From Octopus sinensis (taxonomy: Eukaryota): a stretch of DNA of 64,000 bases. Each line of letters begins with the position of its first letter. Within the stretch, counting starts at the first letter, position 1. Positions 11,294 to 24,801 of the stretch are shown piece after piece. The notes under the pieces are model-generated. The model was not told the origin of the DNA. It ran no database searches and saw nothing but the letters and a program-made list of their open reading frames with translations. The stretch is taken from positions 94,426,001-94,490,000 of the forward strand of contig NC_043004.1 of the NCBI RefSeq assembly GCF_006345805.1, written 5' to 3'. Position numbers and translations under genes: made by a program.

Positions 11294-11905
11294 TATTTAT
11301 ATTATTATTTAATTGAACACCACACATCCATTTCCAAGTAAGTTTATCTTAACCATTTTGATGCAATTCTACTCTATACTGTTTTCACCCTCATCCTTCT
11401 CTAATTCCATTTTTCTCCCCTTCATGTTTTTTCTCTTTCTCTTTTTCTCTCTCTCATTGCTCACACATGACCATTGTCCATCTTTCTTTTCCTACACGAT
11501 GTTCTAAGGACTGGGCATCTTCTATACCTCTCGCTTCTATCTTTTCTCTTTTCAAAGAATATATTTCTCCCAGCCTTCACTATTTTCCGTTTGTTCTGGT
11601 CTAACGGCCCTTCATATTTGGTTTTGTTTGGTATCCTTGTATGTCCCACTGTCCTGTTTTTGTTTCCAACTTTGACCCTCCACAAATCCAAAATTTTAGT
11701 TTGGAAGTTATGGGAGCATCTGTCTTTGAAGACTCATATTTTCATTGAATGCTCGAAATGAGGAGTAGATTGACAGCCGACAACTGATGAAGGGTCATTC
11801 TTTGTGTTACTTGTCCTGTTTTCCATTTTTTCTCTTGTTGTTTGCGTATTTAACTTGTTTGTTTTCGTATTTGCTGTTGTTTAGAATTGGTGACGTCCTC
11901 TACCC
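11290..11905 (+). mobile_element. T-rich interspersed element, possibly a Penelope-like pLTR
   Basis: Its first ~60 bp recur in reverse complement at 1804-1862. It is flanked by microsatellites and contains a CTGATGA motif. Classification is inference. Confidence 0.45.
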
Positions 11906-12212
11906 ATATATGCATATACATGTGTGTGTGTATATATGATTTCGCCAGTCTTTTTAGTTTGAACAGTTAGTTTAACTTGCACTTTACTTCAAAAGAGAAA
12001 TCTACTTCTAAGCCTTTGAACATTGTTTTCGACCAATGTATCCCACTTTATTTGTTCTCTACTTATTATTTCTTTAACCCTTCTCTTCCTAGTATCTGCC
12101 TTTGACGTCAAATCTACTAACGGTTTTTTTAAATACTTAATAACGTTCTGTTTATCATTTAGGCAGTCATCGTAATTGTTATAATGTCTTGTTGTTGAGA
12201 TAGGATCTCTTT

Positions 12213-12295
12213 CTTTCCTGATGAGAAGATTGCATTTTACACTGTTTATTCCTTTGGAATAAAACCAATGTTGTCTTCGAAACATATGTTGAAAG
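12213..12295 (+). ncRNA. Minimal type I hammerhead ribozyme with intact catalytic core
   Basis: Stem I CTTTC/GAAAG; CTGATGA at 12218-12224; stem II GAAGATTGCATT/AATGTTGTCTTC with inner hairpin TTTATTCC-TTT-GGAATAAA; GAAA at 12279-12282; palindromic stem III ACATATGT; predicted GUU cleavage after 12290. Confidence 0.8.
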
Positions 12296-12309
12296 TAAAG
12301 GAATTTTAT

Positions 12310-13343
12310 GGCAGGTGTTAGCATAACGAAAACAGCTGAAATGTTTGGTGTATCAAGAAGTACTGTCTTAAAAGTAATGACAGCCTTTGAGAAAGAGGGA
12401 AAAAACCTCCTCATCAAAACAAAACACTGGTAGGAAACCAAAACTTTTAGATAGGGACTGTCAGACTCTTATGCAAATTGTTAGAAAGGATCACAAAAGT
12501 ACAGCTCCCAAAATTACTGCAGAGCTTAATGACCACCTCTAGATCTCAGTTACCACAAAAACTATTTGCTGGTGCTGCACAAAACCAAATTTCATGGGAG
12601 GGCTGCAATCAGAAAATCCCTACATTCAAAAACAAATGTTGCAAGGCGTTTAGATTGGAGTAAAAACCTACAGAATTGGTCCCTAGAACAGTGGAAGAAT
12701 GTCATTTTCTCAGATGAATCATCCTTTACCTTATTTCCGACCACCAGCCGAGTATACATGTGGAGAGAACCAAAAGAAGCATTTGACCCAGACTGCCTTC
12801 TTCCAACTGTTAAACATGGAGGAGGATCTATGATGATCTTGGGGGCTATATCTTGGATATCCGCTGACCTAATAGTTTCCTTTCAATGCAGAATCAATAG
12901 TCAAGACTATTTAAGCATTTTATCTGATCAAATTCATCCTATGGTTGTGGAACTGTTTCCGGAGGGAAATGCAATCTTTCAGAATGATAATACACCAATT
13001 CACACAGCTAAAGTTGTTACTGAATGGCACGCGGAACATTCTAGTGAAGCTGAACATCTTATCTGGCCACCACAAACCTGAGATCTCAATATTATTGAAC
13101 ATTTATGGTGCATTTTAGAAAAAGAAGTAAGGTGTTGATATCCTCCACCATCATCACAACAAGAACTGGAAACTGTTTTAGCTGAAGAATGGTAAAAAAT
13201 TTCTTTGAAAACAATTAAAATTTTGTATGAGTCCTCACCTCATAGAATTCAAGCTGTAATTACTGCTAAAGGTGGTCCTACCCCATATCAAAATAAATTT
13301 GTTTAAAATTTTAAGGTGTTTCCATTATTTTGTCCAACCCCTG
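12310..13343 (+). mobile_element. 5'-truncated Tc1-like transposon (copy 2) with DD36E catalytic spacing
   Basis: ORF 12566-13081 (FSDESSF..KHGGGS..FQNDN..WPPQT) continues past a stop into DLNIIEHLW. The 3' TIR GGTGTTTCCATTATTTTGTCCAACCCCTG is followed by TA. Confidence 0.92.
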
Positions 13344-13496
13344 TATATGAATAAATTAGTGATACAACAAGGCACCACTATTCACTGCTTTGTTTTACTG
13401 TGAAGTAATACTACTGTATTGCACTATTTAATAATTTTTTCTATCCACACACAAACACGCATATATACACACATATATGTATATATATATATATAT

Positions 13497-13880
13497 TCTT
13501 TTCTTTATTCTTTTACTTGTTTCAGTCATTTGACTATGGTCATGCTGGAGCACCACCTTTAGTTGAACAAATCGACCCCCAGGACTTATTCTTTGTCAGC
13601 CTAGTACTTATTCTATCAGTCTTTTATGCCAAACTACTAAGGTTGTCAAGCGATGGTGGGTGGACAACCACAGCCACAAATAACAAACACACACATACAT
13701 ATATATAGATATATACACATATGACGGGCTTCTTTCAGTTTCCATCCACCAAAACCAATCACAAGGCTTTGGTTGTCCTGAGGCTATAGTAGATGACACA
13801 TGCCCAAGGTGCCATGCAGTGGGACTGAACCCAGAGCCATGTGGTTGGGAAGTAAGCTTCTTACTACACAGCCACTCCTG
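13497..13880 (-). mobile_element. SINE family A, degenerate
   Basis: Reverse-complement similarity to 8783-9170. Confidence 0.8.
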
Positions 13881-14033
13881 GTTTCTTATTTAGACCGAAG
13901 GCCTGCAGTTTTGAAGGAAGAGGTTAGGGAATTACAACAACCCAAGTAGTTGACTGGTATTTTGTCGTACTGAATCTGGAGAGAAAGAAACGCAAAATGG
14001 ATCATGAAAGGATTTGAACACAGAATGTAAACA

Positions 14034-14420
14034 GGCGCAGGAGTGGCTGTGTGGTAAGTAGCTTGCTAACCAACCACATGGTTCCAGGTTCAGTCCCACT
14101 GTGTGGCATCTTGGGCAAGTGTCTTCTGCTATAGCCCCAGGCCGACCAATGCCTTGTGAATGGATTTGGTAGACGGAAACTGAAAGAAGCCTGTCGTATA
14201 TATATATATATATGTGTTTGTGTGTCTGTGTTTGTCCCCCTAGCATTGCTTGACAACCGATACTGGTGTGTTTACGTCCCCGTCACTTAGTGGTTCAGCA
14301 AAAGAGACTGATAGAATAAGTACTGGGCTTACAAAGAATAAGTCCTGGGGTTGAGTTGCTCGACTAAAGGCGGTGCTCCAGCACGGCCACAGTCAAATGA
14401 CTGAAACAAGTAAAAAAAAA
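14034..14420 (+). mobile_element. SINE family A, full length
   Basis: Near-identical to 8783-9170. Confidence 0.9.
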
Positions 14421-14442
14421 AAAAAGAGCTGGAAGAAATACC

Positions 14443-14672
14443 TATTTCTTTACTACCCACAAGGGGCTAAACACAGAGAGGACAAACAAGGACAGACAAA
14501 GGCATTAAGTCGATTACATCGACCCCAGTGTGTAACTGGTACTTAATTTATCGACCCCGAAAGGATGAAAGGCAAAGTCGACCTCGGCAGAATTTGAACT
14601 CAGTACATAACGGCAGACGAAATACCACTAAGCATTTCGCCCGGCGTGCTAACGGTTCTGCCAGCTCGACGT
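14443..14672 (-). mobile_element. tRNA-derived SINE family B with 14-bp TSD
   Basis: TSD CTGGAAGAAATACC at 14429-14442 and 14673-14686. The core GCCTTTCATCCTTTCGGGGTCGATAAATTAAGTACCAG resembles the Meta-SINE domain as I recall it (unverified). Confidence 0.9.
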
Positions 14673-15339
14673 CTGGAAGAAATACCATTAAGCATTTTCC
14701 TGATGGTCTAATAATTCTGCCACCTCACTACCTTATGTTATGTATATTACGAAGAGGAGCTGGGGGACTTATGGTATAAAAGGCAAGACAGCATCAACCT
14801 AGGTAGGTACTGAACTGAGAATCTAAAGAATTGTAACCAAATACCAATGAGATATCTTACTCAACGTGCAATCGATTCTATCATCCTCTCTCTTTTAGAT
14901 AATGTCAATATACACAGATGCATTTGTACATAAATCTACTTGCAATACAAACCTATGCACTAAGAAACAGCTAACTAGATAGATATACCAATCGACACAT
15001 AGAGCTAGTTGGCTTATTAATCTATCTAACTCATCTAGCTATCAAGTTCAGGAAATGGAAAGTCACAGGAAAATCATTTGAAAAGTTATTCAAATTATGT
15101 GATTTCATGTAATAGAGAATGATGTTATGTATACCATTGAGGTAGTGAGGGATCTGTTTTGTATTCTGTTATAATGGAATGAAGTATCCCACAAATCTGA
15201 GAGCCCTCTTATCTTTTGGGGGTGGGTTGTGTGAAAACGAGAGAGATAACAGGAAATAGAAGGAATGAATAGTGATAGCCTTAAGTTAAAAGGAGCTGCT
15301 AGGAAGTAGATGGCAAGTATATGAAACAAATTGCATATA

Positions 15340-15342
15340 TGC

Positions 15343-15373
<31 letters not shown>

Positions 15374-15414
15374 ATATATATATATATATATTATATATTA
15401 TATATATATATATA

Positions 15415-15446
<32 letters not shown>

Positions 15447-15472
15447 GTATATGTATTATATATATATATATT

Positions 15473-15534
<62 letters not shown>

Positions 15535-15574
15535 CACACACACACATGCACACACTCACACACATATATATGTA

Positions 15575-15617
<43 letters not shown>

Positions 15618-15873
15618 TTATGTATGTGTGTGTGTGTGTGTATTTATATATCTTATACACACTCATATATACATGCACACGCTAACAAACACACACATAC
15701 ATGCACATACATACCAGCCTTTTGACAAAGGAACTAGATAACATACAAATATACCCGAAAACAAGATATGAGTTGGCATATACATACATGTACATACATA
15801 TACACACACTCACACATATGCACACCACACGCACACACACACACACACTCAGGCACATTAATATATATGCCTG

Positions 15874-15904
<31 letters not shown>

Positions 15905-15915
15905 ATACATATTCA
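15340..15915. repeat. (TA)n/(CA)n compound microsatellite
   Basis: Seen directly in the sequence; source of the YI/HT-repeat ORFs. Confidence 0.95.
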
Positions 15916-17019
15916 TTCGAACTACACATACAGCTGCAATATATAATATGAGAGAAAGAGGGAGAGAGGGAGGGTGGGGAGAGAGTTACATTGCTCTAAG
16001 GTATTCTCTTGAGTTATCATCCTTTATGTATAGCCAAATCTATATCAAGATAATATTTCTGTAAGGAATCCATGTAGCTGTTTATAAAGAATAGTAATGT
16101 AACCTGCTTAAGGCAATTTGAATTTGAAGGTATCTCAAGAATTGAAGGAACTGGGATATTTTGATTTCTGGATCTGTTCTCTTGATAAATTTGGTTAGTA
16201 ATCCAACAGTTCTGAAGAACTATATGTTCAAAAGAAGAATTTTGTTTTTGAGCCCTAGAACTCATAAGGCCAGTTATTCAGTTTCCATGGTGTGTGAATA
16301 ACAGGTTACAATAATCAACCTGAACTGGATGCCAGATGGTCATATGCCTCAATAAACTATTCCGGTTCATAGTTCAGTTTGTTAATTGTGATACAATCTC
16401 ATTCAATATCGACTTATTCAGAGGTGGGTGCCTCTCAGCTTTAATACTGATATTGTGACATTTCTGTCAATTACTAAGTCTTTTGGCCATACCAAGTTTT
16501 GTTTTTTAGATGACAGATCCAATGGGCAATTTATACTTCACAAATCCATCACAAGACTCTGGTGCCTGGGGGTGCATCAGTGTATTCTGGGTGGGCACTA
16601 ATTTGTAATAATGACAAAGAAGAGTTTCAAAATAAGAATATCACTGTAAACCTGAGGGTTCACCATTGAATAGTGGCGGGGGCAGTGCCTTCCAGTGCAC
16701 CCCCTTAATGACAGGCATGGTGCTTCATCTGTTTTGGCAGTTTAGTGGGTAAGATTGTGTATAAAGAAAGCAATGTTTCTGGGATCAAGTTCTAACATTT
16801 TGAAGATAAGGAGTTGACTTTAATGTGATATGGAAATTGAATCAAATTTAATAATTGCCAGGGGACTAATTGTTTGGTATACAATCTAGTAACTCACTTT
16901 AGTTACACAAGTAATCAATAATGAAGTTAATAACAATTTTTGCCTCATTTCATTTTATGCTGGTTTTAATTCTATATAAACGAAATATTGATTGATGAAA
17001 AATATAGTAGTCCTCATAC

Positions 17020-17439
17020 TCTCTACTCTTTTACTCTTTTACTTGTTTCAGTCATTTGACTGTGGCCATGCTGGAGCACCACCTTTAGTCGAGCAAATCG
17101 ACCCCGGGACTTATTCTTTGTAAGTCCAGTACTTATTCTATCGGTCTCTTTTGCCGAACCACTAAGTGACGGAGACGTAAACACACCATCATCGGTTGTC
17201 AAGCAATGCTAGAGGGACAAACACAGGCACACAAACATATACACACACATATAAATATATATATATATACATATATACGACAGGCTTCTTTCAGTTTCTG
17301 TCTACCAAATCCACTCACAAGGCCTTGGTCGGCCCGAGGCTATAGCAGAAGACACTTGCCCAAGATGCCATGCAGTGGGACTGAACCCAGAACCATGTGG
17401 TTGGTAAGCAAGCTACTTACCACACAGCTACTCCTGCGC
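17020..17439 (-). mobile_element. SINE family A, full length
   Basis: Reverse complement of family A. Confidence 0.9.
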
Positions 17440-17987
17440 CTATGTGTAAGTTTTACAAATAATTTCAGTGATTTTATTTTCACAATTCTTATTTGGTTTT
17501 CTCTTATTTCTTCAGGATATTAAAAGGGAAGGGGAGCTGATTCTATAATTGTCTTGCTTTTTTTTGTTCACCCGTCAAAGTGACAAGGACCATCTAGTCG
17601 TCATCACTGCATGGTGACGAATATCTTGTGCAGTGACTTTGTTTAAATTGAAGAAGAGTTGTGCAAATGCCAGTCTGACTCTCTGGTTTATGACCATCTT
17701 CAATCCAGTGGTAAGACCAGGTCAAAATGACCGAGGATGGAAACAGTTGCAGTGAATGACCAAGATGTTTTGCTCGTCTTATCTTGCTCTCTGCACTCCG
17801 TGGTACACTGCTGCAATTGCCTTTTTTTCTGCTGACCCTTGAAATCCCCTTCAGCAGAATCTGTCAGATCCAGTCTTTACGTGAATAGGTAGGCAAGCTT
17901 TTTTTGTTATGCTACCGCAAACATTGCTCCACCTAGTTATGCTACACCTCTTCACATTGTGAACTACTCAACTCTAAGCAGGTAAAT

Positions 17988-18374
17988 TTTTTTGGAAGCA
18001 CTCTGTCGGTTACAACGACGAGGGTTCCGGTTGATCCGATCAACGGAACAGCCTGCTCGTGAAATTAACGTGTAAGTGGCTGAGTACTCCACAGACACGT
18101 GTACCCTTAACGTAGTTCTCGGGGATATTCAGCATGACACAGAGAGTGACAAGGCTGGCCCTTTGAAATACAGGTACAACAGAAACAGGTAGTAAGAGTG
18201 AGAGAAAGTTGTGGTGAAAGAGTACAGCAGGGATCACCACCATCCCTGCCGGAGCCTTGTGAAGCTTTAGGTGTTTTTGCTCAATAAACACTCACAACGC
18301 CCGGTCTGGGAATCAAAACCGTGATCCTACGACCGCGAGTCCGCTGCCCTAACCACTGGGCCATTGCGCCTCCA
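17988..18374 (-). mobile_element. SINE family D, tail type 2, with 14-bp TSD
   Basis: TSD CTAAGCAGGTAAAT at 17974-17987 and 18375-18388; near-identical to 54031-54413. Confidence 0.92.
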
Positions 18375-18574
18375 CTAAGCAGGTAAATACTTCACCTTGT
18401 TTAATACATTATCACATGATCAGCAGTTCAAACCTTAATTTTAAGGCCATTGCACTTCAAATAAACCAACTAAACAAGATAAATTTGACAGCAAACTTGT
18501 TGATAACTTTGATACTCCGTTTGATAGCATTAACACTGATTACTTGGTTGTTCAGTTTAATAGTATTCTTATAT

Positions 18575-18958
18575 TCTATTATTCTTTTATTTGTTTCAGT
18601 CATTTGATTGTGGCCATGCTGAAGCACCACTTTTAGCGGAACAAATCAAGCCCAGGACTTATTCTTTGTAAGCCTAGTAGTTATTCTATCGGTTTCTTTT
18701 GCCGAACTGCAAAGTTACGGGGACATAAACACACCAGCATCGGTTGTCAAGCAATGGTGGGGGGACGAACAGAGACACGCTAACACACGCACACATATAT
18801 ACGACAGGCTTCTTTCAGTTTCCACCTACCAAATCCACTCACAAGGCTTTGGTCGACCCAAGGCTATAGTAGAAGACACTCGCCCAAGGTTCCGTGCAGT
18901 GGGACTGAACCCAGAGCCATGTGGTTGGAAAGCAAGCTACTTACCACACAGCCACTCA
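18575..18958 (-). mobile_element. SINE family A
   Basis: Reverse complement of family A. Confidence 0.85.
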
Positions 18959-19397
18959 TATTCAATAAATACTAAGATTTTCAGTTTAATACTGAGCACT
19001 AGATACTTGGTTTAATCATATATTCAATAGTTCTGAGTAAATTTATTTTCCTAAGTATCTCTTCTAGATCTCCCAGATAAGTTGACATTGGATATTCCCA
19101 TGCCCTTGTACATTGCAGAACATTTCTTTCATCAGAGTATTTCAGTTTTTCAGAACAATGGAAAGTGAATTCTTCAGTACAAAGAACTTATTGATTTGTA
19201 CAAACAAGCTACAAACTTATTGATTATTTGTATAACAATTCCACATCTTTGAAATATTGAAATGTAGTCAAGTCAAGTCAATGAATATAGTCTTTATGTG
19301 GTTGCTTGACCTGCATGAAATAGAAGCCAAAAATTTCCTAAAAATCATATTCTGCTTTCTTTGAAAAAATGAACACATTAGACAATTTAATTCTTGA

Positions 19398-19439
<42 letters not shown>

Positions 19440-20373
19440 ATCATCATCATCACCACTGTCATTGTCATCGTTGTTGTCATCATGATCATAATTACCACCA
19501 CCACCACCACCATTGTGGCTGTTGGTGTCTCACACCCACCGCCACAACACACACACACACAAAAACACACAAACACTAACACACACACCACACATGCACG
19601 TACACACAAACACTCACAAATGCACATGCACACATACACATACACACACCACACACACAAACACAATTTCTATCAACTAATTCCTTCACAAAACATCAGG
19701 GTCACAGTGGAAGATGCTTGCCCAAGGTGCCATGCAGTGGGGCTGAACCTGAAACCATGTGATTGCAAAGCAAGCGTCTAAACCACACAGCCATGCCAGT
19801 GCCTACAGAATATAATGGAATGACTCACGAATTGGTGTATCATACTTGTACAGGGGCCACAAAGATATTTTTACTTGACCTTTGTGGTTAATTAAATCAA
19901 GTCAACTTGATTTTAATTAACTTGTGATTAAAAACATTCTAGTCATCACATCCCTTCTTTTTAGAAGTCTCCAGAACTACATTGTGTTTGTTTTTTTATT
20001 TGAGAAAATTTAGTTGTATTTGAGGGAGACTTAGCTGCTGCTTCTATCAACCAGAATGACCCCCATAGGTTAGTTTGTTGCTCAGCTGTATTTGAGTATT
20101 GTACTCTTCTGGAGATTCACTTGGAGTCATATAGAAAAATGTGATTAGAGTCACATAAAGCAACAAGAGGATTCCTTTGATTCTTCTTATAAAAGAATGT
20201 TGTTAACCTTATATAAAACCATTTATTTATATCACATTACTGTATAATATTGGCTTTAAATTTTGGCACCTGGCCAGGAATTTCAGAGGAGTTGGTACAA
20301 TTACATCAACCCTAGTGTTCAACTGTCACTTATTTTATCCACTGCGAAAGGATGAAGAGCAAAGTTAGTCAGG

Positions 20374-20529
20374 GGTAAAAAATACACACACCACCCCTAA
20401 CCCTAAACCTTAACCCTGAACCCTAACCTTAAATCCTAACCATAAACTCCAAACCCTAACCATAAACGCCAAACCCTAACCCTAAACACTAATCCTAACC
20501 CTAACCACTAGGTGTGCGTATTCTTTACC
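20374..20529. mobile_element. Small TIR element filled with a degenerate CCCTAA array, inserted in a SINE-B remnant
   Basis: 19-bp TIRs GGTAAAAAATACACACACC / GGTGTGCGTATTCTTTACC (17/19 match), with CCCTAA/CCATAA/CCTTAA variants inside. No clear TSD. Confidence 0.6.
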
Positions 20530-20764
20530 TTCGCCACAAAGTCGACCCTGGTAGTATTGGAACTTGGAATTAAAGTCAGACAAAATGCTGCTAAGCATTT
20601 TGTCTGGTGCAGTAGCAATTCTGCCAGCTCACTGCCTTAGCTTTTTATATTATAAGTGATAAATATATACATCTTTGCCGTTCCTGTGACAAAAAATTAA
20701 TCTCTAGTTAGTGAATTCATTGCATCTATTTTTATTGGGATTGTGTGTTGGACCTCATATAGGT

Positions 20765-21576
20765 AATGACATGTGACCGAGACCTTTGGTAATATGCCAT
20801 GTTTGAGAAGAGGACCCATCAAGCCAAGTGAAATTATAGTCGTGGTGGATACTGGTGTCATGCAACTGGCACCCATGCTGGTGGCACATAATATGTACCT
20901 ATTACACTCTTGGAGTAGTTGGTGTTAAAAAGGGCATCCAGCAGTAGAAACCATGCCAAATCAGACCAGAGTCTGGTGCAACCCCTCAGCTTACCAGCCC
21001 TGGTCAAACTATCCAAACCATGCCAGCATGGACAATGGATATTAAATGATGGTGATGATTATGTTTCAATATAGTTAAGTGACGATCATAGAACACGCAA
21101 ATTTTATTTTATTTTATTAACCACAAAAGGATCAAGGGCAAAGTTGGTAAAGTGGAATTTGAACTCAGAACCTAGAGAGCCATGGTAAACGCTGCAAGAC
21201 ATTTTGCCAACACTCTGTCATTTTACTGCCTCTAAAAAGAGTTACATATGGTGATATAATGGTACACGCATGCTATATCATAATATAACATATGGTGATA
21301 TTGCGAAAGGTGACCAAATTCTTTGGCAATATACTGTGCTTGTAAAGACCTGTCAAACTAAGTGAGAATATAGTCGTGGTTGATACCAGTGTCAGGTCAA
21401 TGGCACCCATGCTGATAACATGTAAAAACACTCACAATACTCTTGGAGTGGTTGGCATTAGGAAGGGCATTCAGCCATAGAAACCTTGCCAAATACAATT
21501 GGAACCTGGTGCAGCCCCACCAGTTTACCTGTTTTCGGTCAAACTATCCCACCTGTCCATGGAAAGCAGACGTTAA

Positions 21577-21609
<33 letters not shown>

Positions 21610-21610
21610 T
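20765..21610 (+). mobile_element. Two decayed family C retroposon copies (about 20765-21062 and 21300-21610)
   Basis: Both end in the CCATG..CATGG..TTAAA(TGA)n tail shared with 4646-5012. Confidence 0.7.
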
Positions 21611-22483
21611 AATGATTTAGCATGCACCCTTGATGTGCTGAAGATTTCTGTCTGAAGGTACATGCTTAAGTATAATGCATTCAAATTATATTTACTAAAT
21701 TCGTTTTTTACTAAATTTACTATATTTACTATATTTACTAAAACTTTAGGTAAATGGTATGCAACTTGCGCCCCCCCCCCCCAAAACAGGGAAACTTTTG
21801 AGGTAGCTACAAGCATTTTCCACTCTAATCCACTGAGCAGTAGTAGTTGATACACATTTTATATGGCACCAACACCAGCAAGGTCTGTTTTGGCAAGGTT
21901 TTTACAGCTGAATGCCCTTCCAAACTCCAACTACTATACAGTATTTACTGCATGCTTTTTGCATGGCACCGGACCAGTAAGGTCTGTTTTGGCATGGTTT
22001 TTTTATGGCTGAATGCCCTTCCTAAAGCCAACCACCCCACAGCATGGACTGAGTGCTTTTTACATGGAACAAGCATCAGCAAGGTTTGTTTTGGCATGGT
22101 TTTTATAACTGGATACCTTTCCAAATACCAACCACTTTACAGCATGGTCTGAATGCTTTATACTTGGCACAAGCACTGGTGGGGTCACCAAGTAACTTGC
22201 AACACAAAGATTCTATGAGATAAGGGAGCATTGGGGGAGGTGGTTTTGTGCAAGGTGATCAGAGGTTAAAGTGTGACAAAGGAATACAGTCAGGTGTCTT
22301 GCTGTGGAGGAGCTACAAGGTTACCCAGTCAGAGCGAGAGAGAGTAAGAGAGAGAGAGAGAGAAAGAGGGAGAGAGAGCAAGAGATAGAAAGAGAGAGGA
22401 GAGTGATAGAGAGAGAGGGAGAGAGAGAAGAGATAGATAGAGAGAGAGATAGACAGAGAGAGAATGACTGCAACATCTCTATA

Positions 22484-22727
22484 CAGTAATCCCTCGAGTA
22501 TTGCAGGTGCTATGTTCCAAAACTCTCCACGATAGGTGAAAATCTGTGAAGCAATGTATGACTTTTTTTTTTATCATTTTTATACATTTTTATAATTTGT
22601 ATAAATTGTTTATAGTAAGTATATATATTTATTCTATTATAAATGCAAAACAACACTATGGCGGAATTGACGTAAGCTTAAAGAATAAACCGCAATAGGT
22701 GAACTGCGATATGGCGAGAGGTTACTG
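22484..22727. mobile_element. pogo/Tigger-like MITE
   Basis: TIRs CAGTAATCCCTCG / CGAGAGGTTACTG, with TA on the left side. Confidence 0.65.
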
Positions 22728-23038
22728 CATATAGATTAATGCAATTTTAAACCTCTCATCAACAAGCACAAAGCCACCTACCACAATGCTATTCCCTGCA
22801 TCTTCCTAGCTGAGGGAACTTTGTCTTGTCTTGTAAGTTACTTGCTGGTTCTATGAAAAAAAGCATCCAGTACACTTTGTGAAGTGGTTGGCTTTAGGAA
22901 GGGCAACTAAAAACAGCAGAAACCACTCCCAAAACAGACAACAGAACTTGGCATAGTCCTCTAGCTTGCCAGCTCTTGTTAAACTGTCCAACTCCTGCCT
23001 ACATAGAGAATGGACGTTACATGATGATGTTGACATTA

Positions 23039-23081
<43 letters not shown>

Positions 23082-23439
23082 GAAGGAAATATATAAAATG
23101 TTTTGTAATATGAGAAAAGTGAGGGTATAATTAATTTTTAAAAATTCATTTGTGTGAATTAAAGACACTGGTATTTGATAAATATATTAAGTATATTTCA
23201 GACATTGTGTACTTTGTAAGTTTTATATATAATATATAGAGTTGTGTACACAGTTATGAATTTAAAAATATGTTTCTGTATTGATATTTGTTATAATAGC
23301 TTTTTGCCCAAAAAATGTTTTAGAATAATATTATTAGTGTTTTTAGAATGATTATTGTTTTAGATTGGTTTGTTATTTGCTTATGTTGAACATTTAGTAA
23401 ATACAAGTTGAATACAGTATAAATGGAAGTATATATGTG

Positions 23440-23513
<74 letters not shown>

Positions 23514-23517
<4 letters not shown>

Positions 23518-24370
23518 TATTGTGCAAAAGTCTTTGGCCACTTTAAACTATTGTAAATTTCTACTGATTGCCAACTTATATGTGAATGTTTTGCATTGCG
23601 TTTTTTGCAGATGAAACATTGGCCTTGTTGGGGTTATTTCCATACCTAATCATTATATTTTGAAGTAGGGGTTCTGAATGAGAGGAGAAGACGCGAGATG
23701 ACCACCGAAAATGGCTGTGCAAAAATTTTCAGCCACCTCACATAAATCAATCAAGATACAGCGTTTTAAAACAGAAAAATGTCTATAATGAAAATTTAAT
23801 ACATAATGTTCATTTCAAGAAGTTACTGTACATGGTTAATATTTCGTGTGGCTTCCCTTGGCTTGAATAATTGCTTCAATGCGCCTGGGAAGAGATGCGT
23901 ACAAATCCTTCACAATCTTCACAGATATGAAATACCATTCTCTGGGGCTGAGCTCCCACAACTCTTCAACATTGTGTTGATTCTTCTTCTAACAAACTCA
24001 TCTCTTTAGTTCTGTCCACATTTGTTTGATGATATTTAAGCCAGGGTACTGAGCTGGCCAAGCTTTCAATATGGTAACGCCTTCATCAGCTAGACTCTGT
24101 TGTGTTGCACATGATCTGTGGCATGGAGTTTTGTCATGCTAGAAAATCTCACCTTCATCTAAGTCTGATATCAAATTGTCCTTCAGCAACTGGATGTACT
24201 TGGCACTATTTAGTTACCATCAATTTTAACCAACTTTCTTAAACAAATTCCTTTTTATGTATCCCCAAAGCATCAGTCTCTTACCATCAAACTTCACTGT
24301 TTTTGTCATGTGATGTGGGTCATTTCGTTTTCTGATAAGCAAAAATTTGTCAGAAGGCCTCCATCATATA
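23514..24370 (-). mobile_element. Decayed Tc1-like transposon, 3' portion
   Basis: TA|CAGTATTGTGCAAAAGTC terminus. The minus-strand frame reads F*HDKTPCH..WPAQYPGLNIIKQMWTELKR..RRIEAIIQAKG, with 35 residues between the second D and the mutated E position. Confidence 0.8.
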
Positions 24371-24412
24371 TATATTATATTACATATCATATATATCATA
24401 TATATATATATA

Positions 24413-24801
24413 TCTTTTACTTGTTTCAGTCATTTGACTGTGGCTATGTTGGAGCACCGCATTTAGTCGAGCAAATCGACCCCAGAACATATTCTTTGTA
24501 AACCTAGTACTTATTCTATCAGTCTCTTTTGCTGAACTGATAAGTTACGGAGACGTAAACACACCAGCATCGGTTGTCAAGTGATGTTGGGGGGACAAAC
24601 ACAGACACACAAACATATACACATACATATATATATATACATATACATATATACGACGGGCTTCTTTCAGTTTCCATCTACCAAATACACTCACAAGGCT
24701 TTGGTTGGCCGAGGCTATAGTAGAAGACACTTGCCCAAGGTGCCATGCAGTGGGACTGAACCTGGAACCATGCAGTTGGTAAGCAAGCTACTTACCACAC
24801 A
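24413..24801 (-). mobile_element. SINE family A
   Basis: Reverse complement of family A. Confidence 0.85.

Noticed and set aside
11720-11800. CTGTC-TTTGAAGA..GAAAT..ATT-GACAG and the nearby CTGATGA (11784)
   Set aside because: Stem I pairs, but the core has an extra base and stem II does not form. The second CTGATGA has no downstream GAAA. It is too degenerate to call.
11989-12441. 150-aa minus-strand ORF
   Set aside because: It is an antisense read across the Tc1 fragment and the hammerhead-bearing element, with no recognisable domain.
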